Shown here piece by piece: positions 9,601 to 17,037 of a stretch of 64,000 bases of DNA. The notes beneath the pieces are model-generated. The model was not told the DNA's origin, searched no databases, and worked only from the letters and a program-made list of their open reading frames with translations. Source of the stretch: Candidatus Levybacteria bacterium RIFCSPHIGHO2_01_FULL_37_17 (GTDB lineage: Bacteria > Patescibacteriota > Microgenomatia > Levybacterales > UBA12049); NCBI GenBank assembly GCA_001782035.1, contig MFNL01000004.1, positions 9,290 to 73,289 of the forward strand, given 5' to 3'. Positions within the stretch are counted from its first letter, which is position 1, and each line of letters begins with the position of its first letter. The position numbers were made by a program, and so were the translations under genes.

Positions 9601-11349
9601 ATTAACTAAAGGCTTCTGTAAGTCTATTTTTCCCAACCCATCGGGAACAACTTGTACGTTTGAGCCTGTTCCAGTATTCGTAGTAAGCAAAAGAGGCTGA
9701 CCCGAAAGTTTAAATGTGCCTCCACTTGCGGTAAAAGTTGGATTAGCAGAGCCTCCGATTGTTAAATTACCGCTTGAATCAAGTGCTAAAACTACGTCAC
9801 TCGTACCTGCACCTGCAGCAGTTGACGGCGGGAGTCCCTGCAAAGTTTCCGAATTTGCAGCATACGCAACGGTTGCTAACTGCTGGCGTGGGGTTAGTTC
9901 GTCTGTTGATTCAATTGTCACACCCAAATAAAGCGCAGCGTTTTCGCTAAACAGGGTAGAGGGAATTGAGGTAACATTTCCTAGAATGTTGTTAAAAATT
10001 CCGTCCGTGTCGGGATTTGCCCTGTCAACTTCCTGCCACAAAAGGGCAGAGCCTGAAGCTGTTATATCGTTGTAAATTGCATAACGAATTAAAGTGCTAG
10101 AGGTAATTGGATTATCGTTTATATCTGTTAACCTACCTTGAAAGGACAAGATTCTGGGAGGAGCAGTAGGTAGGGCTGCGAATGTTGGCTGAGACTGGGG
10201 TTTTGCAAAAAATGCATTATATAAACCAAAACCCACAACCGCTAAAAAGATAATTAAAACCGCAAAATTAAAGTAATGAGCAATTGCATAAGAATGATAT
10301 CTTATGTACCACTTTGGTCTTGTATATCGAGCGTGAAAAATAAGCTTTTGAATTAGGCTCATTTGCTTTGTAGATACTGCAAATGGAGCATAAAGCTTCT
10401 TAGATATATTTTTTATACCTAGCAAATCCCTTGGAGTAATGTTTTTAATGGCAACTGTAGCCTCGCTTTTTTTAAAAACAGGCTGGCCTCTTAGTTTCCA
10501 TAAAGCCTCGATTCCCTTAGACGCAAATGAGGCAAGGGGTGCAGTTAAGATTGCGTCGAAAGTAAGTGAGCCTGCTCTGGCAAGTTTTTGAGCCAGCCTT
10601 AAGGGAGGGAAAGCCGAGTAGCCTTTATGGCTAATGGCTAAGGGTTTATGGCTAAGGGTTTCGGGAATATTTAGAGGCTGTTTTGCTTTGGAAATATTTT
10701 CAACCGAATAATCTCTGCTTACAGTTATTCCTTCTTGGTTCGCCCAGGCTAGATAGCGGCGAAGCGAAGACAATTTTCGATTGACAGTAGCCGGCGAAAA
10801 GCCTACCTCTTGCGTTAGTCTTTTCTTATATTCGTTAATCAACTCCGTATTTAAGGTTGCAAGTATTTCCTCGCTCGTACTGGTATTTAGCACTTGTTTA
10901 GCCCAAGCAATAAATTGTTTAACGTCAATGATATAGTTTTTTATAGTAAGATGTGATGATTTATCTTCAAAGAGGAAGTTTTTAAAATCTTTTAGGCTAA
11001 ACGGATCCTTCTTCGCCAAGGCTTCGGCGGATTCGGTCTTTTGCTGTTCGAATATATTAACTTGAATGATGTCCTCATCTTTGAGGAACTTAAAGAATTT
11101 TCGCAAGCTCGAAACATGCCTTTCCATTGAACTTGCAGATAAACTCTCCGCACTTTCATTCCTGTATGCCTGGATAAATTCAAAGTTAATAGAGTTAGGG
11201 GAAAATGTTCTTCCGGTTTTAGTTTCAAACCAGCGGATGAAATGCGATATATCAGAGATATAATTTTTAACCGTAATCTTAGAAGGAGTTTGTGGTTGTG
11301 AAAAAAGATAGTCTTTAAATCGCGTAAGTATAATAGGCAGGTTATTCAT
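3658..11349 (-). CDS. Giant (2563 aa) membrane-anchored surface fibre-like protein. Order of parts: N-terminal tandem tyrosine-recombinase core-binding (SAM-like) domains; one TM helix; Thr/Ser/Gly/Asn-rich repetitive ectodomain; internal peptidase S74 (phage tail-fibre intramolecular chaperone) domain; a further 558-aa C-terminal region
   Basis: Single ORF in the track. Residues about 20-110 and 125-215 each match the phage-integrase N-terminal SAM-like/core-binding pattern (ITVKNYISDISHFIRWF...MERHVSSLRKFFKFLKDEDII and LTIKNYIIDVKQFIAWA...TVNRKLSSLRRYLAWANQEGI). There is a hydrophobic helix YFNFAVLIIFLAVVGFGLYNAFF around aa 355-378. The ectodomain is low-complexity and rich in T/S/G/N with repeated modules. 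The motif SSDARLKKDI...GFIAQELYEA...IDYGRITPLIVKGVQDQQLQIE (Ser about aa 2005) matches the S-D-x-R-L-K Ser/Lys dyad and downstream consensus of the endosialidase/tail-fibre C-terminal intramolecular chaperone domain. Confidence 0.85.
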   Translation of the reverse strand: MNNLPIILTRFKDYLFSQPQTPSKITVKNYISDISHFIRWFETKTGRTFSPNSINFEFIQAYRNESAESLSASSMERHVSSLRKFFKFLKDEDIIQVNIFEQQKTESAEALAKKDPFSLKDFKNFLFEDKSSHLTIKNYIIDVKQFIAWAKQVLNTSTSEEILATLNTELINEYKKRLTQEVGFSPATVNRKLSSLRRYLAWANQEGITVSRDYSVENISKAKQPLNIPETLSHKPLAISHKGYSAFPPLRLAQKLARAGSLTFDAILTAPLASFASKGIEALWKLRGQPVFKKSEATVAIKNITPRDLLGIKNISKKLYAPFAVSTKQMSLIQKLIFHARYTRPKWYIRYHSYAIAHYFNFAVLIIFLAVVGFGLYNAFFAKPQSQPTFAALPTAPPRILSFQGRLTDINDNPITSSTLIRYAIYNDITASGSALLWQEVDRANPDTDGIFNNILGNVTSIPSTLFSENAALYLGVTIESTDELTPRQQLATVAYAANSETLQGLPPSTAAGAGTSDVVLALDSSGNLTIGGSANPTFTASGGTFKLSGQPLLLTTNTGTGSNVQVVPDGLGKIDLQKPLVNNSNSGNISTVPGSVQINDEFSVLATSSGRSAFTINQDSTGPIISASASGIAQFTIDNSGNETLAGDSTLQGTTGLTLSGADSDLTFTATGNHDISASGGTLRLGALTLTGAVTGNNQSVTGLNNLSAGGTITFSGFNANNNVLYATVSTGVLTGANTNTAGQCLLSGASAPSWSSCPAGTPSNELYWNQTDGALYPNNSTVDLLIGGQSTTSAKFAVLNVNSGTTTATVSGNLVVYPNAGTGGNLTVGTASPTDRVTIAGGGLAFTDDGKGVNFYGGIYLIKAIGGNLQTNGTFQGTTLNGTTGINTGGSGGTQRIDSSGNLLNIGTITASSTITFSTFTSNGGPLYTNGSGQLAQVTAGTTTQCLLGGTTPSFGSCATGQSLDFFWNQTNGALYPNNSTVDLLIGGQATTSAKFAFTGLSNLSNQTQASISGQLIIMPNNGYSGKVGIGTTTPSQLLDVANGQVVVSGSLTTTGSNVGIISVTSTITNSNDAASVRLRNTFNGAGNIPAGIDVAPTFAPSSSIALARGGLLAAFFAPPSSVTITDAIAGDFANVYSAVSGAVTNGTTARIGSPVALGSLKPTTQYGVLVNNQGLSGTTTSYGLYIDSQSGSSTNYSAIFAGGNVGIGDSSPASLFTVGDGDDFQINSTGAITAATGITSSGTITFSAFTSNGGPLYTNGSGVLAQTTAGTSSQCLLGGTSPAFGYCGTGVTTDEFWNQTSGALYTNNSTVDFLFGAQATSSATFRLIGAGGKFQGTNPVASISAHTSFAALVVDNDKTGDLITASNSGVARFVVKGQGNVGIGHSNPISQLYVTRPLLAGATGKALAIFDQIENQDIIAASKSGITQFRIDSSGNTYSSQYYDINDSTYFLDPAGGTSLITSGVFQIAGSTAVAYNRIGTATAGGANVGASNDLLVSDALEVDGLIYADGGIDTTFTAGSVVFAGTSGVLAEDNSNIFYNDSSNLFGLGTATPISVLHATRPLSVQVTGKALAIFDQLENQDLLTASSSGTTKFKIENGGSVDIFSSATDDSIFRVAANSTANYIQSGSALTSGSAKDLYFSSIFGATVWAQIKSDGLFVIGNISTDGDIATTAEELYVEGDIETNANLRVDGTGGITVAGAATTGLNFTNTGVTTDINLQNGETIDNNTNGFIKFTGKAIFDNNGGTVDAVTAGASDVHIGSQIASAGTAGEVSRLTLQPYGWLDGPFHLVARDTASSAFIDWRYDATNLLTIEYNGNVGIGDTSPAALFTVGNGDDFQVSSTGNISSNATGTAFTLSGAATTAISISNTGVTTDINLQNGETIDNNTNGTISFTATTGAFSGALTVDGGAIFNATVDSATDVDISYNRSSSACASCWVLAVENTNTNANQNVMLIQAGVADSTANTWFVAFRDSDEVNQGNIEGCAGNCTFFETSSDARLKKDIVNTHFTIDDLMKIKVRDFTWISDESRVTGFIAQELYEAYEFAVSPGTNGDDFKSNPWGIDYGRITPLIVKGVQDQQLQIEGQKTKMVNIEADLAISNSGNLSIIEQNPDQFIVKESGRNITRIAGLAEAFIGNIRSGIINTRNIVVTGSANIGSITTSSLNVTADSVTIAGQSLRNYIARVVNETITQQQLISPIASSEQISTNLLNPLAKNPDAKIAIKLNDNKGESKLEIQNASGSAVASIDSSGNISANNATLSGTLRAQRIIADQIEGLNIQTATLSANYVTNNYYTASQAATSEPFPTLSASSSGTSNYELASSNYINIATFSSQLAYVDNLNSQTAVFSQGLTTYGITTLSDTSIVGQLAINGTLILAENSINILGSDLNLQPLRQGGISIMAGLIYIDPNGDAKFGSDVTVEGTLYANNIGIKNSELRIQNETDEVLKVDSLGNLVASGAGTFSKLNLSIAQQALAAGNEVLATGSAGTITLKANKSEITVKNTLVTENSLIYVTPVSQTLGQSLYLLRQLPQESFTVGISVPVPIDVKFNFLIIN
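4977..5345 (-). other. Peptidase S74 / intramolecular chaperone auto-processing domain inside the giant protein (predicted self-cleavage at the Ser of SDARLK)
   Basis: Minus-strand codons tca gat gca aga tta aag aag gat ata at 5337-5311. Protein motif SDARLKKDIVN...RDFTWISDESRVTGFIAQELYEAYEF...WGIDYGRITPLIVKGVQDQQLQIE. Confidence 0.65.
7340..9130 (-). repeat. Three copies of a ~55-aa module (QCLLGGT.P.FG.C..G....FWNQT.GALY.NNSTVDLLIGGQ.T.SAKF) encoded at about 7340-7520, 8340-8530 and 8940-9130. Further duplicated modules (DINLQNGETIDNNTNG at about 5690-5740 and 6150-6200; IGD.SPA.LFTVG.GDDFQ..STG at about 5800-5890 and 7660-7740)
   Basis: Repeated peptides are visible in the giant ORF translation. 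They are mirrored by near-identical antisense ORF peptides in the track (e.g. 8327..8512 vs 8783..9046, and 5708..5971 vs 7568..7756). Confidence 0.7.
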
Positions 11350-11924
11350 ATTTTGAGACTAATTTCCGAAATAAAAATTCCAAATTAGCACTCCAGGCAC
11401 GAAATTATACGGATTATACGGTTTATACAAAGGTTCATGTTTATTCTGATACATACTATATAGAATAGAAAATTTATGTGAAAATTGTCAATATCCTAGA
11501 GTATAGTGCAAAATTAATATTGATATATTAAGATCTAGTCATTTAAATCCAATTTTTTTTGTGAAAATGGCCATATTTAGTGTTTTAACGCATTAAAACA
11601 TACTACGAAAAAAATTAGAATATATAACACAGTGTCAATTAATATATAAAAGTATAACACGACTTTACTTATCATTTGAGTCCTAGAATATAATATTAAG
11701 GCAATTTAAAATTATAATTTCCCCAATTAATATTCAAATTTTTATTTTATTTCTTACTCATATTTATATTAGCGAACCATAAGCGCGGGTGATAACTCTT
11801 TTAAAAGCCATTTGCGGATTGATAATTCAACCTAAATTATTTTTTTACAGTTTTATACTTTTTTCAATCTGATTTCACGTATTAAAATTTGTTTTTTTTA
11901 CAATGTGCAGATACAATTTAGCTA

Positions 11925-12782
11925 ATGCCCAAAAATAGGTTAAAAGTTTTTAAAGTTCATAAAGTTATAAAGTTTGCGCTGGTACTTTTAACTTTTTCCT
12001 TTCTACTTTATAACTTGCAAAGCTTTAGCTTAGCTCAGTATAAGTTGCCACAGGGAAACTTAAAGACCACAGTTTCAGGAGTTTTGGGTGACTTTTACCT
12101 TAATATCACGGGGTATATTGCTCCGTTCGCATCAATTGTTCTATACGATGGAAATAAAGTTTATCTTCGGGCAACTACAGCGGATGAAAAAGGCTATTTT
12201 AGAATATCAGAAGTTTTAATCAAGATGGGTTTTTCTAAATTTTGTTTTGATGCATATGATTTTAAACGCTTGGGGGAGTCATATTCATGCCAAACAATCT
12301 CACCGGCAACTGGCTCGGTTACTATTAACGATATTTTCTTGCCTCCTACGCTGGGGCTTTCCCGTACAACCATAGAAGCAGGAGGCTCAACTACAGCTTG
12401 GGGATATTCAATGCCTGGAGCAATTGTAACGCTTAATTTTGCAGGTAAAAACCTGACAACCAAGGCTGATCAAAGCGGCTTTTATCAGTTTGTACTTAAA
12501 AATATCGACGCCGGAATATACAAGTTATATGCCAAGGCGGAACTTAACGGCAAAAAGTCACTTGATCCGCAGAAGAAAGTCGAGTTAAAATCGCTATCCA
12601 AAGCAGATCAGGCTATAGCAGTTACAGAAGATTTACTGAAAAAAATCTGGGAGCTTTTAACCACTTACTGGTTTATTTGGATTGTAGTACCGGTTATTAT
12701 CCTAATTATTATACTTTTGTGGAGGCTCTCAAAAATGCACCGACATCACTATTTGCACCATCAATATTTTGTAGGATACTGA
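11925..12782 (+). CDS. Secreted, C-terminally membrane-anchored protein with two prealbumin/Ig-like (carboxypeptidase-regulatory-like) domains
   Basis: 285 aa. N-terminal signal/anchor (FALVLLTFSFLLYNL); GYF.I and GFY.F beta-sandwich motifs; C-terminal TM (WFIWIVVPVIILIIILLW) followed by a His-rich tail. Confidence 0.55.
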   Translation: MPKNRLKVFKVHKVIKFALVLLTFSFLLYNLQSFSLAQYKLPQGNLKTTVSGVLGDFYLNITGYIAPFASIVLYDGNKVYLRATTADEKGYFRISEVLIKMGFSKFCFDAYDFKRLGESYSCQTISPATGSVTINDIFLPPTLGLSRTTIEAGGSTTAWGYSMPGAIVTLNFAGKNLTTKADQSGFYQFVLKNIDAGIYKLYAKAELNGKKSLDPQKKVELKSLSKADQAIAVTEDLLKKIWELLTTYWFIWIVVPVIILIIILLWRLSKMHRHHYLHHQYFVGY

Positions 12783-13754
12783 TTATTTTTCCGAGGCGTT
12801 TTCAGGCTCTTTTGTGGCCTCGCTTGAGCCTTTAGGACCGCTTTCTTGTCTCCTTTGGTAGTATTTCCAGCCTAATAATACCGCAACGGCTACAAGAATT
12901 ATTATAATTGTAACTTTCCACGGGAATACCCAGAAAGTAAGTGAGGCGACCAAAGGCAAATTATTATCTGTGCCATATGATGCAGCCAGTTTTGCGTTGT
13001 ACGGTCCAATCATAAACATGCTTCCGAAAGTATTTTCATAATCTCTAACCGTTTCCGGGAATATATTTCTTTGGTCAAGCTGCTGGCTTTCGTTAAAGAA
13101 AAGCCCGCTTACCGTAATGCTTCCTTTAGGCATAATATGAAGATCGGAAGCGTTTTTAATCTGTGTCAAAATTTTTATTGGGCCATACTCGGCAAGCATG
13201 TCGGTAAAAAACTTACTTACTTCTGCTTTTATAGTTACATCACCGGCAACTGTAATGTAGAAAAGCGAACCAAGCTGTGTATTAACCGTTCCCCCTGTTG
13301 CATCTTTTTTTTCTTGATTTATAGGCTCATATACCAAAGCGGCATAATGGCCTCCGGGTTTGGCATCGGCAGGAACCCTCAAATAGTAGCTGATTATTTG
13401 TGTTGCGCCGGGTTGTAGTGTAAATTCATTTGGAGTAGCAACAATCCATGATGCAGCCGAATATTTATTATTGAGAGTATTTGGAGCAAGAAGCTGGGGA
13501 GTTCCTTTGCTGTCGGATACAATATAATCTTGAACGCCGACTTTAAAAGTTAGCGCAATATTGCTTTCGTTTACAATTTTGGTTGTTCCCTCTGTGGACT
13601 GTCCGGGATTTAACTCGTGAGAAATATTTGGATTAATTAAAGTAATTGTTCGCTGCAGTTCTTGTGCAAAAGCTGTCCCTACTGTTAAAAAAACCAAAGC
13701 AAAAAGCGTGGTTGCAAGTACTCTTTTCTTAAATTTTAAGGGCAGATTTTTCAT
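12783..13754 (-). CDS. CscA/DUF916-like cell-surface protein (signal peptide, about 270-aa ectodomain, C-terminal TM anchor)
   Basis: 323 aa. Signal peptide LATTLFALVFLTVGTAFA. Shares the motif SW(I/V)....E.TL.P......I...VP..A..G.H with the 343-aa ORF (15266-16297) and the 376-aa ORF (43083-44213). C-terminal TM VTIIIILVAVAVLLGW. Confidence 0.55.
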   Translation of the reverse strand: MKNLPLKFKKRVLATTLFALVFLTVGTAFAQELQRTITLINPNISHELNPGQSTEGTTKIVNESNIALTFKVGVQDYIVSDSKGTPQLLAPNTLNNKYSAASWIVATPNEFTLQPGATQIISYYLRVPADAKPGGHYAALVYEPINQEKKDATGGTVNTQLGSLFYITVAGDVTIKAEVSKFFTDMLAEYGPIKILTQIKNASDLHIMPKGSITVSGLFFNESQQLDQRNIFPETVRDYENTFGSMFMIGPYNAKLAASYGTDNNLPLVASLTFWVFPWKVTIIIILVAVAVLLGWKYYQRRQESGPKGSSEATKEPENASEK

Positions 13755-13756
13755 TT

Positions 13757-15262
13757 TTAAAAGTTACCAGTTGCAACAAAAGTAAATACTGTTGAATAAA
13801 TTCCTGCAGGAGTGGTTGCTCCTACGGTTGCCGCATATTCTATTTCTGTCTTTCTTGCGCTAGCCGGTGCGCTATAGTTTGCTATATTGGCATAATATCC
13901 GTTAACGCCGGTGTTAAATGGATTTGAGTATTTTGCACCGCTTGAAAAATCTGTTGCAGCATTAGCCCATGTAGTAGCGTTGACATCTGCCCCGCAAGGA
14001 TGAATTCCAAAGTATGCGTTGCCTGTTGCAGGGAATATCGCAGGAGCAGGCGTATCAACTGCAGTTAAACCGCTACTGCTCATGTTATCTGTCAGGAAAA
14101 ATCCGCTTGAAGGGTTTATAAATCTTCCCGAAGATGTTGCAGTAATGGAGTATCCGAATGCGCCATTTGTTGATACAGAAAGTTCTTGTGCTGAAATATT
14201 AATTATTCCATTTGATAAGGAGCCTAAGTTTACAAAAGTCGATGTCGCATCAAGACCAGTCCCAGGGTTAGTTGTATCGCCTGCCGCGCAGGAACCATTT
14301 TGCGAGTTAATATTTGTACCGTTTGCAAGACCTGTTATTGTAAATGTTAGAGAAGGCTCAACAGTTCCTTGTACCTGAACTGCTTCAATTATTCCTATTT
14401 TTACGCTTGCCGTGTCTAAATCTACGTCGCTGGCATTCCTAGTTGTAACAGTTACTTTCCAGGTGCTAGCAGTTCCTGCTGTTATGCCTCCTTTAACAGG
14501 ATTGATAAGAGCAGGGGCATAAGTTGAGCAAATTCCGCTTGCGGAAACTGTTCCGGTGCATCCTATTGCCAAATAAACCGTCGTTGCGCCCGAAATCGCA
14601 GCGCCCGTTGTGACCGTAATAGATGGGGAAGATACCGAAACTCCTCCGGAGCATGCGGTTGTTGGATTGCACAAAACTGCGGAGCTGCCTAAATTGTTAA
14701 ACGCGAAAGTGGTTGCCGAAGGCGATGAAATATTGCTTGCAGAGCCTGGGAATGTCACTACTATTTTTCCGCCACTTGGAACAGATGAAACAGTCGTAAA
14801 TTTAATAATGTGAGTTGCGGTAATTGAGGTGTACATCGCGGTGCCAGCGTGGTGAGTATTTGTTACTTGTCCTGTGAAGAAAACAGTTCTTAGGTTTGAA
14901 GATGGCGTGTTGGCGGCTGACATAGACGCAACCGTTGCAGTCTCTAAAGTTTGTCCTGTGTCGTTTAGTAAAACTGCGCTATCAGATGCAATCCAGAGCG
15001 CAGAATTATAGACTGTGGTTGGCAAATCTATTACGGTTACTTGAGTTGCGTTTGCGGCCTGATCAGCAGATATAGGAGCCGAAGCAGAAGGGCGGGATGT
15101 AGTTAAAGTATCCGATACGTTAGAAAGAGTTGCGGCGTAGGTTTTAGCTGTTCCAAGTAATAAAAAAGCTAATAGAAATGTAAACAGCAAAGAAGCAAGT
15201 TTTTTGATAAATTCCATTTTAATCCCTACCTCTAATATGCAATCATAAAAGCATAAAGTCAA
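13757..15262 (-). CDS. Secreted Ser/Thr/Gly/Ala-rich surface protein with a WxL-like C-terminal motif (TPAGIYSTVFTFVATGNF)
   Basis: 501 aa, signal peptide, low-complexity T/S/G/A-rich sequence. Its C-terminal motif is shared with the ORFs at 16306-17037, 40862-43120 and 44218-44925. Confidence 0.5.
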   Translation of the reverse strand: MTLCFYDCILEVGIKMEFIKKLASLLFTFLLAFLLLGTAKTYAATLSNVSDTLTTSRPSASAPISADQAANATQVTVIDLPTTVYNSALWIASDSAVLLNDTGQTLETATVASMSAANTPSSNLRTVFFTGQVTNTHHAGTAMYTSITATHIIKFTTVSSVPSGGKIVVTFPGSASNISSPSATTFAFNNLGSSAVLCNPTTACSGGVSVSSPSITVTTGAAISGATTVYLAIGCTGTVSASGICSTYAPALINPVKGGITAGTASTWKVTVTTRNASDVDLDTASVKIGIIEAVQVQGTVEPSLTFTITGLANGTNINSQNGSCAAGDTTNPGTGLDATSTFVNLGSLSNGIINISAQELSVSTNGAFGYSITATSSGRFINPSSGFFLTDNMSSSGLTAVDTPAPAIFPATGNAYFGIHPCGADVNATTWANAATDFSSGAKYSNPFNTGVNGYYANIANYSAPASARKTEIEYAATVGATTPAGIYSTVFTFVATGNF

Positions 15263-15265
15263 GAG

Positions 15266-16297
15266 TTAATTTATCTTATTTTTAACTCGAAGCACTATAA
15301 AAACAACAATTCCCAAAACTATTAAAATTACTGCTAAATAAGTTGCCGGGAATGCAAAAAAAGAAACAGATCGGCTGAATTTTTCCCCATTTTCACCAAA
15401 TGTCAGACTTAAGTTTGCTTTATAAGGGCCAATTAGAAATTTTTCAGGCCAAATTGCCACAGGATAATTGGAGCTCGTAATCGTTTTTTCTATTTCTTTA
15501 AACTCCGCTGAATCCACTTTTATCTGTGTTTCATCCGGTATTAATCTTTGTGATCCTGCCAAAACATTTACAGATAAAAGTTTTACTTTTCCAACTTTTT
15601 GTCCGAATAAATTTTCAATAATAATCTCACCATTTATTGGGACAAAATGATCACTTGCGTTTTCAACCTGAACGGTAAATGGAACCGGGCCACTGTCTAT
15701 AAATAAAGGGGAGCTGAATTTGTCAATAAAGCCTTTAGTTTCGCCTTTCGGACCAACTGAAAGCAGAACATTCATTGCAACGCCGGCTGATGCAAGAGAT
15801 GAATTTGAAATCGTATCGGGCTTTGGATTTGTGGCAAAGAAAACCGTAAAATAATAATCTCCTTTGGCTTCATTCGGTGGTATATTTACTTCGAAGTCAA
15901 ATTCTTTTTTCTGCTTTGGAGAAAGCGTAAATGATCTTATTGATATTCCTTTATCTTTAATTTTAATTCTGTTTATAAGAAGGGGGTCAGGGAAGCTTTC
16001 AAATGTATCTAAAATCTCAATTTGTCCGTTGTTTGAAGTTGAAGCCTTAAAGGCTTTAAGCTGAATAATAATATCAAGGCTCTGCTCTGTTGGATTTTCC
16101 AGGCTAAATTTGGATTTTACCTCGGCAGGTGAAGTTGCATCAATTTCCATAACAGGTGGGAAAATTCCCAAAGAAACACTTTGAGCGAAAGCGTTTCGAG
16201 TTGAAAGTTGAAAGTAAAAAGTTGAAAGTAAAAGAAATACGAAGATTTTAAACTTCAAACTATTAAAAATAACTTTAAAAACTTTATAACTTTTCAC
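15266..16297 (-). CDS. CscA/DUF916-like cell-surface protein, paralog of 12783-13754
   Basis: 343 aa. Signal peptide; IGPYKANLSLTFG matches IGPYNAKLAASYG in the 323-aa paralog; C-terminal TM ATYLAVILIVLGIVVFIVL. Confidence 0.55.
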   Translation of the reverse strand: MKSYKVFKVIFNSLKFKIFVFLLLSTFYFQLSTRNAFAQSVSLGIFPPVMEIDATSPAEVKSKFSLENPTEQSLDIIIQLKAFKASTSNNGQIEILDTFESFPDPLLINRIKIKDKGISIRSFTLSPKQKKEFDFEVNIPPNEAKGDYYFTVFFATNPKPDTISNSSLASAGVAMNVLLSVGPKGETKGFIDKFSSPLFIDSGPVPFTVQVENASDHFVPINGEIIIENLFGQKVGKVKLLSVNVLAGSQRLIPDETQIKVDSAEFKEIEKTITSSNYPVAIWPEKFLIGPYKANLSLTFGENGEKFSRSVSFFAFPATYLAVILIVLGIVVFIVLRVKNKIN

Positions 16298-16305
16298 TTT
16301 ATAAA

Positions 16306-17037
16306 CTAATAACTTGGTATTGCTATATAATTTACTATATTTCGATATAGTCCTGCGGGCTGAGTTCCTGAAATATTAACTTTATAGGTTATATCAGATT
16401 TTCTGTTTCGTCCTACATTTGTAGAACTCATTACTGCAACTGCGGAAGGCGAGGATATAAAAGATTTGTAATAAGTCGGATCCGAAAATCCGCTTACGCA
16501 GTCTGTGCCTGAAACGTTATCGCATCTATAACCAAATCCATAAGTTAAGGCACTTGTCCATGCGGCTGAAGTTGTTGGAGTGCACGTTCCGCCGTCGCAG
16601 GAAGTTGCCGGAATATCAAACCCGCTGGCATCCACTCTTAAATCGTGGTTTTGCGAAACCGTAACTTGGTAACCGTAAGCCGAGCCGTTTGAAACCGTTA
16701 GCTGGTTGGTTCGGCTAACTGGCGAAGTTGGTGAAATAACTCCAAAATCAACCAAGGTGCTAGAAATTGAAAATCTGAAGTAAATTATGCTTGATATATA
16801 CTGAAAGCCTGCGCGCACTTTATAGTTGGGTCCTGTAAAAAGATTATTCGGAGTCTGTCCGGATGTAAATTGTAATTGAAAACCTGAGCCCGTCGGTTTT
16901 CCCGCAATGCTATTTAAATTTCCCATTTGCAGGATGTAACTGTCGTTTTTGAGAGTTTGACCCCAAACCCTTGATACACCAAATAGCATTAAAGTAATAT
17001 ATAGCCATATTAAAATGATGAATAATAAGTATTTCAT
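16306..17037 (-). CDS. Small secreted WxL-like surface protein
   Basis: 243 aa with a signal peptide. Contains AAWTSALTYGFG and the C-terminal motif TQPAGLYRNIVNYIAIPSY, which is shared with the other three cassette proteins. Confidence 0.45.
   Translation of the reverse strand: MKYLLFIILIWLYITLMLFGVSRVWGQTLKNDSYILQMGNLNSIAGKPTGSGFQLQFTSGQTPNNLFTGPNYKVRAGFQYISSIIYFRFSISSTLVDFGVISPTSPVSRTNQLTVSNGSAYGYQVTVSQNHDLRVDASGFDIPATSCDGGTCTPTTSAAWTSALTYGFGYRCDNVSGTDCVSGFSDPTYYKSFISSPSAVAVMSSTNVGRNRKSDITYKVNISGTQPAGLYRNIVNYIAIPSY

Noticed and set aside
4856-9950. About a dozen 60-90 aa plus-strand ORFs inside the giant gene (e.g. 5708..5971, 7568..7756, 8327..8512, 8783..9046)
   Set aside because: They are antisense to a continuous 7.7 kb coding frame. 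Their mutual similarity simply mirrors the internal repeats of the giant gene. No start-site or RBS support.
10620-10665. Short tandem DNA repeat ATGGCTAAGGGTTT x2 in the giant gene (encodes KPLAISHKPLAISH)
   Set aside because: A two-copy microduplication in a linker; not a CRISPR or regulatory array.
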